Assembly: GCA_028534125.1 (NCBI GenBank)
Contig: CM052816.1
Coordinates: 29,514,001-29,578,000 of the forward strand
DNA: 64,000 nt
Direction of reading: 5' to 3'
Source of the DNA: Lama glama
Lineage: Eukaryota
Shown: in pieces, positions 51,294 through 64,000 of the stretch
How positions within the stretch are numbered: position 1 is the first letter of the stretch
How the letters are laid out: every line of letters starts with the position of its first letter
The notes under the pieces: model-generated
Databases searched by the model: none
Told to the model about the DNA's origin: nothing
Seen by the model: the letters and a program-made list of their open reading frames with translations, nothing else
Position numbers and translations under genes: made by a program

Positions 51294-51523
51294 CTGTACT
51301 TGACGAAACATACCAGGCTGGTATTCATCCAGCCAATCCACATGCCAGACCAGCAAAGAACCATCCATTGGATGAATACTGAATAGCATGTCTGCATTTT
51401 TACTCCATTCAGACAGAAGCAGTTCAATCTGATGATCAATGGCAGCTGATGGTATCAATTTATCACCACCCAATTCCTTCTTTTCATGACTTATTTTCAG
51501 ATCATCAACACCATCATCCATTT
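51294..51523 (-). CDS. DMXL1: DMXL1 exon 6 (230 nt) EMDDGVDDLK...EYQPGMFRQVQ
   Basis: cctatag|AAATG...GTACAG|gtactg; within ORF 51279..51545. Confidence 0.95.
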
Positions 51524-52259
51524 CTATAGGCAAAAAGGTCCACAAACCAAGTATATATAATCAAGCTACTACTATAAATTAAGAAATATCTTTATAACTG
51601 CATTCAAAATAAAAAAATCAAGTTTTCATATAAACAAGAAATGGGATTCCCTCTAAAAAGAACTTTGCTCCAGGAATATAATGCCACTGGAGCTAACTCA
51701 GTATCAGAAGGTCTATAGGGCTGAGTCAGTGGATTATTAGCAGAAGGACTAATATTGGACTGGAAAATAGGTAAACTGGTTTCTAAACCCAAATGACCCA
51801 GATGTATGACAATTAACAACTCAGAAGAAAGACAAAGTAGTTTTCTGGACCTTGGTTTTGCTCATGTTAAAATTAAGGAGTTGGAAATGGGCTGAATTTT
51901 TTAAATATATTATTGGAATGTAATTTGTATTTTCTTCAAAAATGAAATTCATAAAACCTGAGTGTACTACACTAGCTATCCGCTAGGTATAGGCACTTAT
52001 AATTGTTAAGACATTTTAAGGAAACCATTTTGAAGAAATACATTTATAGTGCCCGATTTCCAGATCTCCTTCAACACATATGTAATTAAAAATAATCTAG
52101 TAAGCTAACTTATTAATACAGTTAAATATATATATCTATATAGTCTTAACTCTGTGTCAAAAATACCAGCCCCTATTCGTGGTTAGGAATATAGTCTTTC
52201 TTAAAACAGACTCTCAAAAAATGTTAGGCTGTTTACCAGATTTTAAAAATTAGCCAAAA

Positions 52260-52990
52260 CATACAAATAATTCAGAAAAAGAAAAATAACTAAACAGAAG
52301 ATTAGGCAAAAAGCATGAAGAGGTAAACCACGGAAGGGCTAAGATATTTCTGTTCAATTTAACTCAAGAAAATGCAAAGTAAAACAAGATGCCATCTTGC
52401 CCATATCAACTAGCCAAAAAGTAATATAGTAAAAAAAATTCAGTGTCGGCAAGGATATGAAAAAAGGACATTTGAATATAATTGGAGTATAACCTGGTAA
52501 AATGTTTCTGGAGGGCAATTTGGCAGAAGTTATTGAAATTTAAAAATATTTACACTCTCTGCTAATTCCCCATCTAGGAATCTACCTTACAGAAATTGTC
52601 ACACAAAGATGAAGGCATGTGTCATGGTATCATTATCACTATGTTGTGAAAAACAATTTAAATCAATTTAAATGTCTATCAACAATGCTCAAGTTTTCTC
52701 TTGAGTCTCCTGACTCAAGAGCTGTTTAAAACAATGAGACAGAAAAGTGCCCAATACTGAATTTAAAAAGCAAACTGCAGAACACCATTTTTGTTTAAAA
52801 ATGAACTCCTATAGTACAACTTTATAAAAAAAAACTCTTTATACATATATTTGTATGAGTATAGAAAAGAATAAGTCTGGAAGGACACTCATCAAACTTA
52901 ACAATATGGAAACTTAGTATCTGTCTACTGTTTGAATTCTTTTTTTCTAATAAGCATATACAATCTTGTAACTAATACAAAACTTTTAAA
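52260..52990 (+). mobile_element. Old L1 (L1ME-like) 3' fragment
   Basis: tttctggagggcaatttggcag; aattccccatctaggaatctacct. Confidence 0.7.
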
Positions 52991-53437
52991 AAACAAAACC
53001 ATTTTTGATCTCTCTCTCTACCTTACTGAGGCTAAATGCATAGAGGCTGAAGGCCCTACTGTAATTCTTCTCAAACGTTAATATGTACACAAATCATCTG
53101 GGAATTTCATTAAATTACAGATTCTTGTTTGTTTAGTAGCTCTAGACGGAGCCTGAGACTGTGCATTCTAACAATGCCAACGCTGCTTGTCCACAGAGAG
53201 TCCTAGTGGCCGACAGAAGCTTAAGTATGGAGAATTCTAAGTCCCTATAACAACTGGAAGAATGCCACCTGGAACAGGAACATCCATCTACACTGGAATA
53301 TGAAATGAGCTAGTCCAAATCTGTATTATGCCACTGCAGTTTTGAAGGTTATTTCTAACAGGAGCTGGTATTACCCTAATATAAAAATCTTTGCCATTTT
53401 TAACAAAATTTTCTATTTTTTATCCTTAAAATTTTAC

Positions 53438-53650
53438 CTTCATCAGATTTTACATCTGTCTGATTAGAGTCTTCTACGCTGGCCTCAGAACACGGCTGTT
53501 CAAAACTTTTTTTAAGTTGCTGTAAAAAGACTTCCATGGACAAAGTAAAATGCAACTCTTTATTATTTAGCCAGTGTACCACAAAAGGTCCACTCTTCTC
53601 TTCACTTTCACTTAGACTCAGAGATGTAATAGAAGGAAGAAGTGGAATGT
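53438..53650 (-). CDS. DMXL1: DMXL1 exon 5 (213 nt) DIPLLPSITSLS...DVKSDE
   Basis: tttacag|ACATT...GATGAAG|gtaaaa; within ORF 53400..53675. Confidence 0.95.
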
Positions 53651-54193
53651 CTGTAAAGAACAACAAATAACACAATTAAAATTTCTATCATTCTAGCAAC
53701 AAAACATCCAGGTCTCTTATTTTTATTACTGGGTGCTAAATTTATTTTCAAACCTATTCCATACATTTTATTTGACTTACAAATAATACTCCCAGCATAA
53801 TGGTTCCCACAATTACTACTAATGAAAACAGACTTAAATGGTAAATTTAACGTATTTATTATAAAGATAATATAGATAGATAACTTATCTATACATACAT
53901 ACATATTTTCTTTAATTCTAAAAAAAATTCTCATTAAAAACATGTTTATAATTTGTAGACATGTTAATAGGATAGTCTTCTTAATTTACATACAAACTCT
54001 GGTTAGAAACATATTTTAACCTGATCTAACATTAAAAATGCTATTATCATGTTGTCAAAGAACTACTGACATGTTTATCTCAATAGCAACAAACTTCTCC
54101 TACTTAATGAACTGACATATTAACTTTTTTAAAGACATACTTACCTAAGAAAGATACTGCTTATTCATTAGCATCAAGATTGAAATTGGAAAG

Positions 54194-54736
54194 TGTAGAG
54201 ACGGCTGACACTCTCTGAAGCCGTTTTCAGAAAAACCCTTACTCCTGGGCTCTCCAAGTGCCTGGATTCTATTGACACCTTAACCTCCACTTCCCACTGT
54301 AGGACCCTTAGCATACTTGCACTTCTTCTTTCGATGTGTGTTTACTCTAACAAAGCTAAACCACCCCAAGAAATAGCCCATCTCATAATACCCTAGGTAG
54401 ACAGGCCTCACATCCTTCCCTTATCAAAGTCATAAATTCTAGTATTCAGAGTAATCCCTGACAGATCTTACAACCATCCAGGTACCTGTGCAGGAATTGG
54501 TCATGGAGCCCCCTACTCCTTATGTTCACAGTCCCTTCCTCCCGCCCCCACCCCAGTAAAAGACCCTGCACTGCTCACCCTGGGTGCTCACATAGACACC
54601 TCTCATCTGTGTGGCCTGCTGTTGCCTGTAGCAGCATATCTATTACATCTTCCCTTTGTTCTTAAATCCTTGTGGTCTTTGGTCCTTGGTAAATTCTTTT
54701 GACACCAGTGCACTGGCCCGCCTGTGACCCCCAACA
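54194..54736 (+). mobile_element. Solo LTR, probably ERV1 class, antisense to DMXL1
   Basis: TG...CA termini; flanks gaaag and aaaag; TATA-like gtaaaagacc; U5-like ttggtaaattctttt...cccaaca; higher GC than its surroundings. Confidence 0.65.
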
Positions 54737-57075
54737 AAAAGTATGAAATTGAGGCTCCCTTCTAATATTCAAGAATGGCAGTCAAGATAAACCAACTCAA
54801 ATAAAAAATTGTTCCTTGGTATTTCTCTTGTATCACTGCAAAATTAAGTATATTGAAGTACAAATTCAGAGTAAACTGTGGAAAATGATAATACTTAATT
54901 AAAAGAGGCAAAGAAAAATTTACCTATCATATTAAATCCAGATCTAGATCATGCTGCTGTCTGCTGAACAGTAAAGGCTAGAATGAATTCAGGGAATGTA
55001 AACAATTCTCTCCAGAACAAATCTACTGATTTTTTAAAAGGAAATATAAATAATTTGAATTAATTATTTGTTCAAACACTTTTCTATTGTTGAACACCAA
55101 TAGAAATATTATTATAGGGGATGAATGGCAAAAAAAAAGGATAAAAGAAAATTTTTCCTGTCCCTTCTATTGGAGGTAGGTTCTAGGAGCTGATGGATAC
55201 TATCGAATCCAAGAGCTCTCTTTATAACTATATACTCACTAGTAATACTTACTTGATTATTAATTATCTATCCCCTGCCTGGTTATATGCTTCACGAGAG
55301 CAATGATCACACTGTTTTGATCACCACTGTATCTCCAGTTACTACCACTATTTCCAGTTCCTATACTGGCACAGACTATAAATATTCAATAAAAGCCTCG
55401 AGGGGCTGAACTGTCGATCCCACTGTTCCTAGGCGGATACACAATTGTGCCAGGGACTGAGAGAGTGCCTACAAGGAAATAGATAGGATTTTTTTATTTT
55501 CAGCTTACAATCAACCCAAAAAAGGTAAGCAATGCCTCCAGCAGATCACAGGCCTAGCCGTTAAATACACAAGAAGGAAGACTTATGCTTTCAGCAGCCA
55601 CATTCTGGCTAAAAAGAAACTCACATTTCTTCTGTCTCCTGACCTTACTCAAATCATTTGATAAAGTCATTTTTTATGAGAAATCTCAGTGGAAAGGATT
55701 TAAGAACTAGAATTATGAGGACATAATATTATGAAATCCTCTCCTGTATCTATTTCTACTGATGGATAAATAAGTGAAGCCAAATCTGGCTTGGGCCTTA
55801 AGTAAGAAACAGAACATCAGAAAGGTGGTTCTAACAGATCTAATTTAGGGAAAGGAATTCTCCACAGGGTCTAATATAGCTCCTAATATTATTATTTTGC
55901 TTTGATTTGCTCTACATGTATTAATTGTTCTTAGAAACCTATCAATCTAGGAGAGGTTTTAGAATTTTCCTTACTGGAAGGTAGTCAAGGAGATGACACA
56001 TTAAAGTAAGAATTCAAGCTTTATTTTTTTCTCAAAATATTGCCCTTTACTCAGCAGAGACTTTAGAAATTATTCCATTAACCTTACAGTTGCCTCTGGG
56101 TAATACAAACACTGTCAGTGTATGACTTTTGGGGAGGACTGTTGTTAACCAAATAAAAATTAAAAAATATCAGCAAATATTCTTCATTCCTATCACAAGT
56201 ATCTCTGCACTTTCACTTATCAAAGCATTTCTCACTTTGATTCAACTAACTAATGGTTCCTATGTATTGCTATGTTTCCTTGAAGAATGGAGTACTGTAA
56301 ATTCAGTATGTTATATGGAAAAAGGTTATGCTTAATTTATGTTTAAGAATATCTCAAAATATACAAAAGCTCATCAATAGTGGTTATATTCTAGGTTAGG
56401 ACTAGGGTGAAACAGAGGTGAAATTCTACTTAACACTTTCTGTACAGATGGCATTTATCATATGCGAATTATTGTTTTTAACTTTTTTCCTACTAATACT
56501 CTAAGGTTCTACTTCAAATGCACCAACTATGATCACTTGGTTTTTAAACTCACAGAAAATATTTACTAAAATGGTTAAGTACTTAAATCTTCAAATTCAT
56601 AGACAAATCCAGATATTCTAAAATTTTCAAACTATCTCAGAGTACATATTTGACTACAGAGTTAAGTTTCTTAATTCTTCCAGTTAGAATTACTACTATT
56701 TCAGCCCTATTTCTGAAATGGCTCCAAAGATCAAATGCGAAACACTCTGGTTTTATTTTAACAATAGTTCAATAAACATAAAATACTACTCTGAGTTGTT
56801 AGCCTTTATGTTAAATATTAGCTCAAATCTCAACTTTTGAATAAACAAATTCAGAATTTCAATGACTTATCAAGATCTAAAATCTCAGACAAGATTATAG
56901 TCTTAAAAAGTAAACAAACAAAAACTTTTAATCATTGAGCTAGCTATAATGAAAAAATTAGCTTAAAAAAGTCACTTCCAATTTTTTACTTATTGAAAAA
57001 CTAAAAGTATAACTTATTTGTTATAAGATCAGTCTACTCAATTTGAAAATAATTTTCTGAACAGTGCTTTCTTAC

Positions 57076-57244
57076 CCGTGGCTGGGTTGATGCTGGCTGC
57101 AATGTGAAAGTGGCAAAGTGCATTGGCATGCAGTGGAGCGTTCCTGTGAACGCGATGAGGATCTTGCTGATGTGGCAGGTATCCGGTATGTGCCACAACT
57201 GCAAGTGATCTCCTATGACCTTTACGAAAATGTTTGAGATTAAC
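57076..57244 (-). CDS. DMXL1: DMXL1 exon 4 (169 nt) VNLKHFRKGHRRS...HFHIAASINPAT
   Basis: cgcacag|GTTAAT...CCACGG|gtaaga. Confidence 0.95.
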
Positions 57245-58443
57245 CTGTGCGAAAAAAAACCAAAGTCAAACAATGCAAAACAAAGTAAAACTAATGCCTA
57301 TATTGTCATAAGCGTATGTACAGGTTACATAATGACTGTTAGACATTACATAGATCCTATTTCATATGAGTTTAAATGTACAAATATCTTGCAGTATTTT
57401 TGTACAGCAAATTTGAAACCTGAAATAAGTTTGGAACTTAAACTGCCTTACTCTTCTTTTAACCACCACACAATCCTTTAAATTTTTATTTGGTATTTTC
57501 TAATAATTAACTTCCTGAACTTGAGAACAGTTTACAATGTGTCTGTGGAAAATGATGTCTCAATGTATACTGTTCTCTTTATAGCTATATTTTACTCCCT
57601 ATGACCACAAAGCATACCTTAGGATGATATTTCATGGTTTATGAAGCACTTCCACAGAGATCATCTCATTTGACCCATAAGGCCAACAATGCAAGTATTG
57701 TTATTCTCATCTTTCATATGATAAAACAGTTTATACAAAACCACAAGGTCACCCAAGAGTGTAACAAGAGTCTTCAGATTACTAGCCAACCATTCTATCA
57801 GTTGTTGAGTCTGTATACACTGTATACCTAATTATATTCTGTGCCATAAGAATACAATATAAATTTGAGAAATAGTTGTTTCATAATCACATAACACATT
57901 CTAAGATAGATCATTTTAGATCCCTTACCTTCAATATTAAGAAAATAATAAGAATCTGTGTTACTAGTCTATGCCTACTTTCCACATTATAGTAATTAGT
58001 AAAATAAGTGTATCAAGTTCTTTGGAAAACTCTTGAAAAATAACAAATGTAGAACAGAGTCAGATAAACTATTCTAATCATTCCTGTAATTATGACAGAA
58101 CACACCAAGCTTTAAAGAAAGAGAAATAATAAATTATTTTTACAGTCACATCTTTGCATTCTAAGATTTTAATTTGTTATTTTAGCTAAGTATAATCATC
58201 CATTGCTATCATCAGCTAATCTAAGATTAACTTCATAATTATAGGCAGTTTTATGCTAGACAAAATCCTTAAGATTTTTGAACCCAATAAAATTGAAACT
58301 TTTCTAATAATTGTTTTCCTAAGACATATATTATTTTTTCATAACTATCCATGACTTTGAATATTAATTAACATGAATATTTCAAAAAAGGCCAAGTACA
58401 CTTTTAAAACTTGTAGGAAATAATATCTAACAAAAACACTCAC

Positions 58444-58633
58444 ATCTAAAGCATTTTGAACTCGTTCCTTACTGGAAGCATTTCTCTTGAAGTTATTTGT
58501 TAAATTAATTGGTTCAGTCCAATGGTTGCAGTCACCTCCATAGAGCAAACAATCATTCGGTAAAAATGTCTCTACCCATAGACGACATACATTATCTTTG
58601 CAGCAAGTCAACAGTACATTACATACAGAAGCC
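58444..58633 (-). CDS. DMXL1: DMXL1 exon 3 (190 nt) ASVCNVLLTCCKDNVCRLW...VQNALD
   Basis: ccttag|GGCTT...TTAGAT|gtgagt; within ORF 58345..58650. Confidence 0.95.
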
Positions 58634-59559
58634 CTAAGGAATAAAAACATGTTAGAGGCAAAAATATAAATTTCCTAGAGTATCACATTCTACAATGTTT
58701 CTATAGTAATTTAAATGTATACAACTAAGGAATCAATGAGGAAAATGTCAATATACACTTATGCAATGTATTAAATCAAAACCATTACAATTGAGTAGAT
58801 ATTTAATCACAGCAAATACTTGCCAACCTATTTCTTTCCTGCCTAGAACTCAGTAGTTCCTGTTCCAATAATCTAAAATTCTTCTTACATCTAAAGAACA
58901 AAAACTGAGATCATGATATAATCCCTGTTACCAAAAAAAAAAAACCCTACATCTTCTATTAAAATTTTCTAATTTATTCAGTAGATATTTATTTGAATTA
59001 TTTCATAATGCTTCATTTTCACTTTCTATAAAGATACAAGCATAATTATCACTAATAAGCTGCAGTAATTATTTAGTACCTTTATTCTCTAACATATGCC
59101 TAACATATACCAAAAGTAGTCAAGTGCAAGAATAGAATATTCATGATAAAGTAAGTATTCACCACCTCCTTCCTTCTTGACTTTCAATGAATTTACTGTC
59201 TTGTCACCCCACAAAATAAAAGCAAAACAATTACAGATATGTTAATAAACCTCGTAAGCATAAAGAATCAAGAGCTCAAAAGCTGAAATCCTATCAGCAA
59301 AGGCTACCTTTCTACTGGATAACTCAGCAAATTTAGGAAAAAAAAAAAAAAGGCTGCAATATCCTAAAACAGACACTTATTCAAAAGTACCTAACTGATT
59401 TAAAAATGAACAATCAATAGAAGGTTTCCATCAAGTAACTCAGTAAGTTAAAGAAAAAAATTAAATTAAAATATTCTGTAGTAGTCACTTTTTAAAACAA
59501 ACATATCTACCTGATTTAAAAAGAACAACAGTAAAGGGGAAGAAAAGGGAAAACAGCAC

Positions 59560-59917
59560 GTTGTCTCTGTAGCTCTCCTTTAAGTTCCCTCTGTTTTCTC
59601 ACCTCCCTCCCTCCTTCCCCTCTCCCTCTACCTCTCTGTCTACTCCCCTGCTTTCCTCCCCTCTTTCCATCCACTCTCCGGGCTTCTCTCACTCTGCCTT
59701 CTCCTACAATTTTCTGCTTCTCAGCCTCTTCAAGCCACCTTCCCTTTCCACCTCTCCCTCTTCCTAAGGCCTCTCCTTCTCACCTCTCTAAACCCTCTGT
59801 TTCTCCTTCCTTTCCCCATTCTTATGCCTCTCCCTCCTCCTCCTCCTCCTTTCTCTTTTTTTCCTCTGTTTCCCTCTGACCTTTTCCTACCCTCTTTCTC
59901 TCTCTTAATTTCTCTCC
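59560..59917. repeat. Polypyrimidine/polypurine low-complexity tract
   Basis: About 350 bp of mostly C/T on the + strand. Confidence 0.9.
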
Positions 59918-61485
59918 AGTACATTGACATACACACAGACAGTGGCAATGAGATTAAAAGTAAACAGAAACAGAAGAAAATACATCGAAAAGTAATACGG
60001 AAAGTACAAGGTTGACAGTGTCAATTAGTAAATGGTAGAAAGGGAGGGCTTATAGACAGGGCAAGCCAGAAAGGTCCACAATTCAGAAGCACAGACAGGG
60101 CTTCCACTCTGGAGTGTGGGTAGCCCCATGTGACTCTCTTTAGGATACCAAGCCTGACAAACAGTGTAAACAGCTAACAGGTAAAATAAGCAGGGCATGG
60201 AAGAAACACCCTGACATATTTGAGATATTTTTCAGACAATACCTCCCTTCCTCACTTCTTCATCAAGGTATGTTATTCTCTCTTGAATAAGCATATCATA
60301 TTCAGGTATAGTGCCTCCCCCCACAAATATATATATACAAATGAATGACCTTATAGAGGGCAATCATGTGATTGGTAAGGTCTGTAACACCTGTCCTATC
60401 TTGATGTAACAACTGGCTAAAAGGCTAAGATGGTTTTGAAACTAGTTATGTATAACCAATTTTTGGAGGTTTTAAAGGATATAATCAAACCTTCCAATCT
60501 GTCCTATATTCACCAATTTTTAATTTGTAAACAAGTGTATGCTCATTACAAACACTTCTCCATCCTTCTCTCTCATTCCAGCAGACCCGTTGCATAAAGT
60601 ACAACCATTTGGTTGAGCATCTTAATTTTACATGAAAAACAAAGCATCTAAATCACTCAGTGAAAATGCCATATAGAAGGAACAATAGTCTTTGATGGGA
60701 TCTCATTCTCAAGAGAAAGGGGCAAACTTCCCACTATGTATCTGCAGGCAGCTGGTGAAACAAAAATGAAAATTAAAAAGAACTAAGGAAGGTTATTAGC
60801 TGGCTTTTTATGCTGCAGAATTCAGTTGATAAGAGATAAAATGAACATAAGCAGAGGGGGAAAAACTAGTATGCCTAATTTTTACTGTCATCAGGCATTC
60901 ATAATGGCCCAATTTAAGGTATCTGCCTCTGCCTCCACTGTAATCACTTTCGCCAACACAAAGTAAACAAGGGTCAGGAGATGTGACTGTCCTGTCTCAA
61001 AAGATACAATATTTCATAAGCTTCTTTTTTAGTATTCTGGTGGTCTAACCAGCTGCATATGAAAATACTTGGAGTACCGGAAGAAATTAGTCTTTGAAAT
61101 GATGTAATCTTCTGATAGTCCTATAAGGTTCACAGTTTGTGATGGCAGTTAATTTTATTGGGGTCATTTACAACTTTAAAAGGAGAGGTAATGTATACCA
61201 TAGCTCATTCTATTCTAAACACATTTTTATATATATGGGCAATGGTCTCAGAGGTACTAGAACAACAGTTCTCAAAGTGAAGCTTGGATGAGGGTGATTT
61301 TGCTAACAATATATAATGTCCACACCACTCTCCTTTAGCCCAAAGACTGGGACACATCCACCAAACAAAAGGAATTGTCACTGTTCCTGGAGTATCCTGT
61401 TCCTATGCTTTGCCAGATTGGAGAGCTAGGGTAGGAAGTACAGTAACTACCACACTAGAAAATAGCTCCAAAAAACCTAGGTATA

Positions 61486-61764
61486 ACAATGAAGGATATG
61501 TCATTATACACTTGTCCACACCCACAAAATGCACACCAGGAATGAACCATATTGTCAACTATGAACTTTAGGTGATGATAATGTGTTGATGTAAGCATCC
61601 ACTGTAACAAACGTACCACACTGGTGGAGGATGTTGATAACGGGGAGGCTGTGCCTGTGTCTGGGCAAGGGTTATATGGGAAATCTCTGTACATTCCCCT
61701 CAATTTTGCTGTGAACCTTAAACTGCTTAAAAAAAAAAAAAGTCTTAAAGTAAAGTAATTTTTC
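61486..61764 (+). mobile_element. L1MC-like 3' end with 15-bp TSD
   Basis: gggaaatctctgtac...caattttgctgtgaaccttaaactgct plus poly(A); TSD aaaaacctaggtata (61471-61485) and aaaaatctaggtata (61765-61779). Confidence 0.85.
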
Positions 61765-62623
61765 AAAAATCTAGGTATAGTCTGTTGGCTCAGAAGAGTA
61801 AAACTAAAGTCGACAAGTGATCCAGTACCATCGATCAGCTTAAAACATCTCAGGTGACAAAACGATAAGGGAAAAACTGTATTGCTCCACAGTATGGACA
61901 AACTGAAAATGGCCATGTGGGAACAAAAAGGAATTTCTACCTATACTTAAGTAATATAAGTATACACTTAAATAGTATCTCTGTAACTTACCAAGTATAG
62001 GCAAAAATTTAATGGGATATCAAGTCTTGCAAGGACAATAGGAAACAAAAGAAGAACTACAGAAACGAAAAGAGGTACTAACAGTGTGTTTGTGCATGCA
62101 TGCGTAGGTTAAACTAATACCTAGTTCAGGGCATCATAATGTATTAATTCAAACACTTTCCCTCAAAGCTGCTGGGTGCAGTTAAAGAAATACTTGAGCC
62201 CTCATGGTAAACTCTGTCAATAAAGCTGTTTTTCTTTCTTTTTTTAATTAAAAAAAAAAAGGAAACCAGAGGAGATACACATAGAAGGTAGAAGATAAGG
62301 GAGTTAAATGTGAAAAACAGCAATTTGGAGAATGATTAAGAGATTAAAGAATTGGATACCCAACAAAGGGAAGAAAAAGATGCCCTACTCTGTCACTTAA
62401 GGACATCTGATCTCAATTATCATTTCACGTGGCTCTTCTGTTAAGCATCAACCACAGCTGACCCACGGCCAGAGGTTTGCAGGGAAAGAACTATCTAATA
62501 TTACTTGAATCTTCATAGGCAAAAATCCTATAGCAATGGATTCCCAAAGTGAAAAAAAAAGAAGTCAAAGTCACAAAGATGATGTTCTCTTAATATACGG
62601 GAAAAAAAGACTAATCCACTGAC

Positions 62624-62799
62624 CTAGGCATGTATTTACTTGTTTTACGCCAGGAAAATCCATTTACAGCTCGAGGATGGGCCAGATACACGAAAGAAAA
62701 GTCAATTTCTCCTTCGGATTGTTCTGAATTTTTATCTGGAGAGGTAACAGCTGTCCGCCAGTTTTCTACATTATACCATATCTTTAAAAGACAGTCATC
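62624..62799 (-). CDS. DMXL1: DMXL1 exon 2 (176 nt) DDCLLKIWYNVENW...FSWRKTSKYMPR
   Basis: cccttag|GATGAC...CCTAG|gtcagt; open frame, phase 0 to 2. Confidence 0.95.
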
Positions 62800-63519
62800 C
62801 TAAGGGAAAAAAACCCCAAAAAACAGAAAAACATAAGATCAGAATTTAAAATATAAAAGTTAAGTCAAATAGCAATAGATTTTCTCCCTAATTAAAGGAA
62901 CTTAGGGATGTGAGGAGGGGTTGGGCATGGAGGAATTAAAAAGAAAATCTCTGATTCTGATAATTCTCTATTAGCATTCCTTAACTGTACTTTAAGAATT
63001 AAAATATATGAATGTGTATATTTTGCAAGGATTATTTCAAGGAAAATGCTACTGGCCATACAGAATGGAAAAATACAGTCCTTTGGGAAAGACCTAAACA
63101 TGAAGTTAAGGGTTCATTCTCCCACTTAGCCAACTATCAAGTAAGAAAGCATTGCCACTAGCAGACTTGGAAAGACTGCTACTTCTTGAAATCAAAGAGT
63201 AGTTTTTTATATCATGTGAATGTTCAAAGAAAGTGTTGAAAATCTCCTAAAAAAAATAACTCTCACTGAGGATTTAGGGCATATCTCATAGTCTACAGGT
63301 TTTGAGTCCTGGGAACAATAATTTCAGACTATTAGTTATACGCAAACTGATCTGTGAACCAATGATAAAAAATAAAATAATTTCAAGGGAATACATTATT
63401 CTGAAATCAACAGGTAATAACAAAGAAAATGGTTACAAATGTCTTTCTAGAAAGTCTGCAAATTCTTCTACTTTAAATACATCCTATCATGGCTGTCAGC
63501 TAAAACAGAATATAAAAAG

Positions 63520-63760
63520 TAGCTATAGTTTATTACTGACAGTATACTACATCCAAGACACTGTGTCAGTCACTTTACATATACTGTCTAAACTAATCCT
63601 ATGATCAATGACCTATGAGGTCATTACCATCTTCAGTTTGCAAATGAGAAAACCAAGGCTCAAAGAAATTAACATGTCCAAGATCAAAAAGTTGGTGAAT
63701 GGAAAACTTATACCCAGATCTACCTTTAGTCTCTGCTGTTTCAATTACACCATACTGCCT
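63520..63760 (-). mobile_element. MIR SINE
   Basis: cctatgagg...attaccatcttcagtttgcaaatgagaaaaccaaggctcaaagaaattaacatgtccaagatca. Confidence 0.75.
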
Positions 63761-63904
63761 TTTAACACAATAATATGGAGCCAATTTTTGCTGTATCATA
63801 TTTTTAACAAAATGTTTCAACTTAAATAATGAAGTCAGCTACTGTTTTTGAAGTTTCAAAATACACCATAAACACAATGTGACAACAGCAATTTCACAAA
63901 TTAC

Positions 63905-63971
63905 CTTTCCAGCAGTGGCAAAAAATTCTCCATCTGGTGAAAATTTCATTAAATGAACTTGGGAAGCAGTT
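63905..63971 (-). CDS. DMXL1: DMXL1 exon 1 of window (67 nt) TASQVHLMKFSPDGEFFATAGK
   Basis: tttatag|AACTG...GGAAAG|gtaa; WD40 motif. Confidence 0.95.
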
Positions 63972-64000
63972 CTATAAATTAAACAGACAAGGAATAATTT

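Larger units (their letters stand above)
35..63971 (-). other. DMXL1: DMXL1 gene, internal portion (32 coding exons; both ends outside window)
   Basis: Spliced translation matches recalled DMXL1 sequence (TASQVHLMKFSPDGEFFATAGK, LPQYHPLQLLELMDLGKVRRAKAIL, RWRKAALKNAFSLLGKQRF, IEADLGYPGGKARIIHKESD); exon phases join into one open frame. Confidence 0.97.

Noticed and set aside
59730..60015. Gly/Arg/Lys-rich and Pro-rich ORFs
   Set aside because: Translation artefacts of the low-complexity tract
1..64000. CRISPR arrays, prokaryotic operons, rRNA, snoRNA/miRNA genes, CpG-island promoter, intact retrogene
   Set aside because: None recognisable by eye; small ncRNAs cannot be excluded without an Infernal/Rfam search

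Overview
AT-rich mammalian genomic DNA lying entirely inside one gene, DMXL1 (DmX-like 1, rabconnectin-3 alpha paralogue; WD40 repeats plus Rav1p_C region), on the minus strand. I traced 32 internal coding exons from 63971 down to 35. All have AG/GT boundaries and consistent phases, totalling 7738 nt (1 nt plus 2579 codons). Start and stop codons lie outside the window. Introns hold L1, L2, MIR, MER5/MER58, Tigger-like, MaLR/ERVL and ERV1-like LTR relics, and a tRNA-derived SINE resembling camelid Vic-1, which suggests a camel or alpaca genome. The most interesting signal is a repeat-poor 5.1-kb intron (20561-25698) containing candidate alternative exons outside the canonical chain: a 114-nt in-frame exon with a GC donor, frame-compensating 40-nt and 47/57-nt exons, a stop-containing exon and a decayed coding-like stretch. 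Other leads are a candidate 9-nt microexon, a recursive-splice-like site and local templated duplications. Repeat family names and human comparisons come from memory, not database searches. I found no non-eukaryotic or wholly new system.
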